Of a stretch of DNA of 64,000 bases, positions 61,930-64,000 are shown piece after piece. Position 1 is the stretch's first letter. Each line of letters begins with the position of its first letter. The stretch is from contig JBEWZL010000205.1 in NCBI GenBank assembly GCA_045837725.1, positions 1 through 64,000 of the forward strand, given 5' to 3'. The translations under genes were made by a program, and so were the position numbers. Below the pieces are notes generated by a model, which was not told the DNA's origin, did not search any database, and saw only the letters and a program-made list of their open reading frames with translations. The DNA is from Vermamoeba vermiformis (taxonomy: Eukaryota).

Positions 61930-63260
61930 GCAAGCCCGCACCGAGCTCTCTTTTGGCTCATCCTCTGCACTTCTTGTGCAGCATATGTGAACTATTCATG
62001 ATGGCTACTCGCGTCTTGTTTCGCTAGAACTGCGATTTCCGTGCTCTAGATTTGGTCACTGGCGCATCCGTACCGAGCCTTCCCTGCCTTGGCTCACCCT
62101 CTGCGCTTCTTCACAAGGGTCTGCGGTGTATCGACGAACTATTCACGGTGACTACACGCGACCTGGGTCGTTGGAGACAGTGCAACACGATCTCCCGCGC
62201 ATCGGATTTCTCGCTAGCGAATCCGCACCGAGCCCTCCCTGCCTTGGCTCACCCTCTGTGCTTCATCATAAGGGTGTGCGGTGTGTCGACGAACTATTCA
62301 TGGTGACTACACGCGTCCTGAGTTGTTGGAGACAGCGCAACACGATCTCCCGCGCAGCAGATTTGGCAGTAGCGAATCCGTACCGAGCCTTCCCTTGCCT
62401 TGGCTCACCTCTGCGCTTCTTCACAAGGGTCTGCAGTGTGTCGACGAACTATTCATGGTGACTACACGCGTCCTGAGTTGTTGGAGACTGTGCAACACGA
62501 TCTCCCGCACAGCAGATTTGGCAGTAGCGAATCCGTACCGAACCTTCCCTTGCCTTGGCTCACCCTCTGTGCTTCATCACATGGGTGTGCAGTGTGTCGA
62601 CGAACTATTCATGGTGACCACACGTGTCCTGAGTTGTTGGAGACTGTGCAACACGATCTCCCACGCATCGGATTTGGCAGTGGCGAATCCGTACCGAGCC
62701 TTCCCTTGCCTTGGCTCACCCTCTGTGCTTCATCACAAGGGTGTGCGGTGTGTCGACGAACTATTCATGGTGACTACACGCGTCCTGAGTTGTTGGAGAC
62801 AGCGCAACACGATCTCCCGCGCAGCAGATTTGGCAGTAGCGAATCCGTACCGAACCTTCCCTGCCTTGGCTCACCCCCTGCTCTTCTTCGCAGGGTCTGC
62901 AGCGTGTTTACGAACTATTCGCGAAGGCTGTATGCGTTTTGGGGTCGCCGAAGTTCGAAGTAATGCGATCTCCTGTGGTTGGATTTAATCTCGAGCTAAT
63001 CTGCACTGCGCTCTCTTCTGTCTTGGCTCACCCTCTGCTTTAATGCCCGGCATCTGTACGTTCGTGGTGGTTAGGTGCGCGTTGCATCGCTGGGGACGAA
63101 GCAACACGATCTCCCACGCAGCAGATTTGTCACGAGCGAATCTGCACCGAGCCCTCCTTTGTCTTTGGCTTACCCTCCGCACTTCGTCGCAGGGTCTGCA
63201 GCGCCTTTACGAATTATTCATGGTAGACACACTGGATACTCGCAACACAATCGAGCACAT
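61930..63260. repeat. tandem array of 155/156-bp units (about 9 copies, degenerate at edges)
   Basis: TTGGCTCACC recurs at 62089, 62244, 62400, 62555, 62711, 62866 and 63023. Confidence 0.95.
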
Positions 63261-63635
63261 CTCGGATGTAATGCGCAACGAGGCTCGCACTGAGTTCCAG
63301 ATGCGTTACACGATTGCCGCAGGTCACTTCAAAGCCTGCAGCATCTTCATGAGCTATTCGTGATAGTTACAACATGGATGTTGAGACAAATGCAACGTGT
63401 GTAGTTCAGGATCTTGTTAATGTTGTTAATAAAATGTAAAATAAATGTATTAGTTTATTTGTTAGCTACTGGCTAGTAAGAGCTAGCAATTTAATAAAAG
63501 TCCGTTAGGATTTAGATTTTCAGGCCACATTTTTTGGGTCACATTTTTTGGGTCACATTTTCCTGGCAATTTTTATTGTTTGCCTTGAACCTTATCCAAT
63601 TTTGATTTCTAGTCGTTACAGAACTCTTCAAAGGT

Positions 63636-64000
63636 ATGTCTTTATTACAAAAATTAGAGGCAAATCTAGACAAAATTCTAAAAGAAAATGTCTCGTCGGG
63701 AGACTTCAAATTGCCCAATTTTAAGCAAAATTTGAATTTCTTTTTAGATTACATTACCAAAAAATTTCCCTGTTTTGCCGATCAACCCCAGAAAGAAATA
63801 TCTGGGTTGATTAAGGGCAAAATTGCTGCTATTAACCCAACAGGATTTGTATCTGATGGTCAATTGCCAACTCCAAATGCAAAGCGTATCTGGGTAACGG
63901 CCTTTTATTCTCATCTCTTGCTTGGTAAATCTTTTTCTTCACAGGAAAGTGTCCAAGATTGGGTAGCAGAAACATGGCCGGATCTCCAAGTACCTGTCCA
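63636..64000 (+). CDS. 5' part of an unknown ORF running off the window
   Basis: MSLLQKLEANLDKILKENV..WVAETWPDLQVPV is open for about 121 codons to the window end. Confidence 0.55.
   Translation, partial: MSLLQKLEANLDKILKENVSSGDFKLPNFKQNLNFFLDYITKKFPCFADQPQKEISGLIKGKIAAINPTGFVSDGQLPTPNAKRIWVTAFYSHLLLGKSFSSQESVQDWVAETWPDLQVPV

Noticed and set aside
49400-64000. Calling the block an endogenous giant virus, polinton, DIRS or Starship
   Set aside because: No capsid, packaging ATPase, DNA polymerase or reverse transcriptase is visible in the window, and the YR family cannot be assigned without a search.

Overview
This is eukaryotic, intron-rich genomic DNA (GT-AG introns, standard code). CARMIL, a class C GPCR, a PPR-TGM protein and a GH65 enzyme suggest a free-living amoebozoan or similar protist; that is inference. 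The window has three parts. (1) 139-4053: a pogo/Tc1-mariner-type DDE transposon with 22-bp TIRs and a TA duplication. It carries a second gene and an internal 145-bp inverted repeat, and sits in exon 1 of an F-box/LRR gene. (2) ~4.1-49.4 kb: host genes, including CARMIL, ankyrin-kelch-SPRY-BTB, F-box/LRR/FYVE, MPP10, an alpha/beta hydrolase, mitochondrial G3P dehydrogenase, a RING-H2 ligase, a lysine methyltransferase, a PX protein, a LamG-bearing class C GPCR, GH65, PPR-TGM and secreted proteins, plus a 178-bp TG..CA MITE. (3) ~49.4 kb to the window end: a distinct, repeat-rich block that begins with abrupt CpG loss. It encodes a tyrosine recombinase fused to a chromodomain, a 9-exon CenH3-like histone H3 with a ~255-aa tail, an acidic protein head-to-head with it and an Fpg/Nei-type DNA glycosylase. 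These lie among hairpins, 37-bp and 16/22-bp satellites, repeated non-coding exon-intron units and a 155/156-bp array. Block 3 is the best candidate for an undescribed system: a large tyrosine-recombinase mobile element carrying chromatin-related cargo. Exon boundaries were read by eye and no database searches were run.
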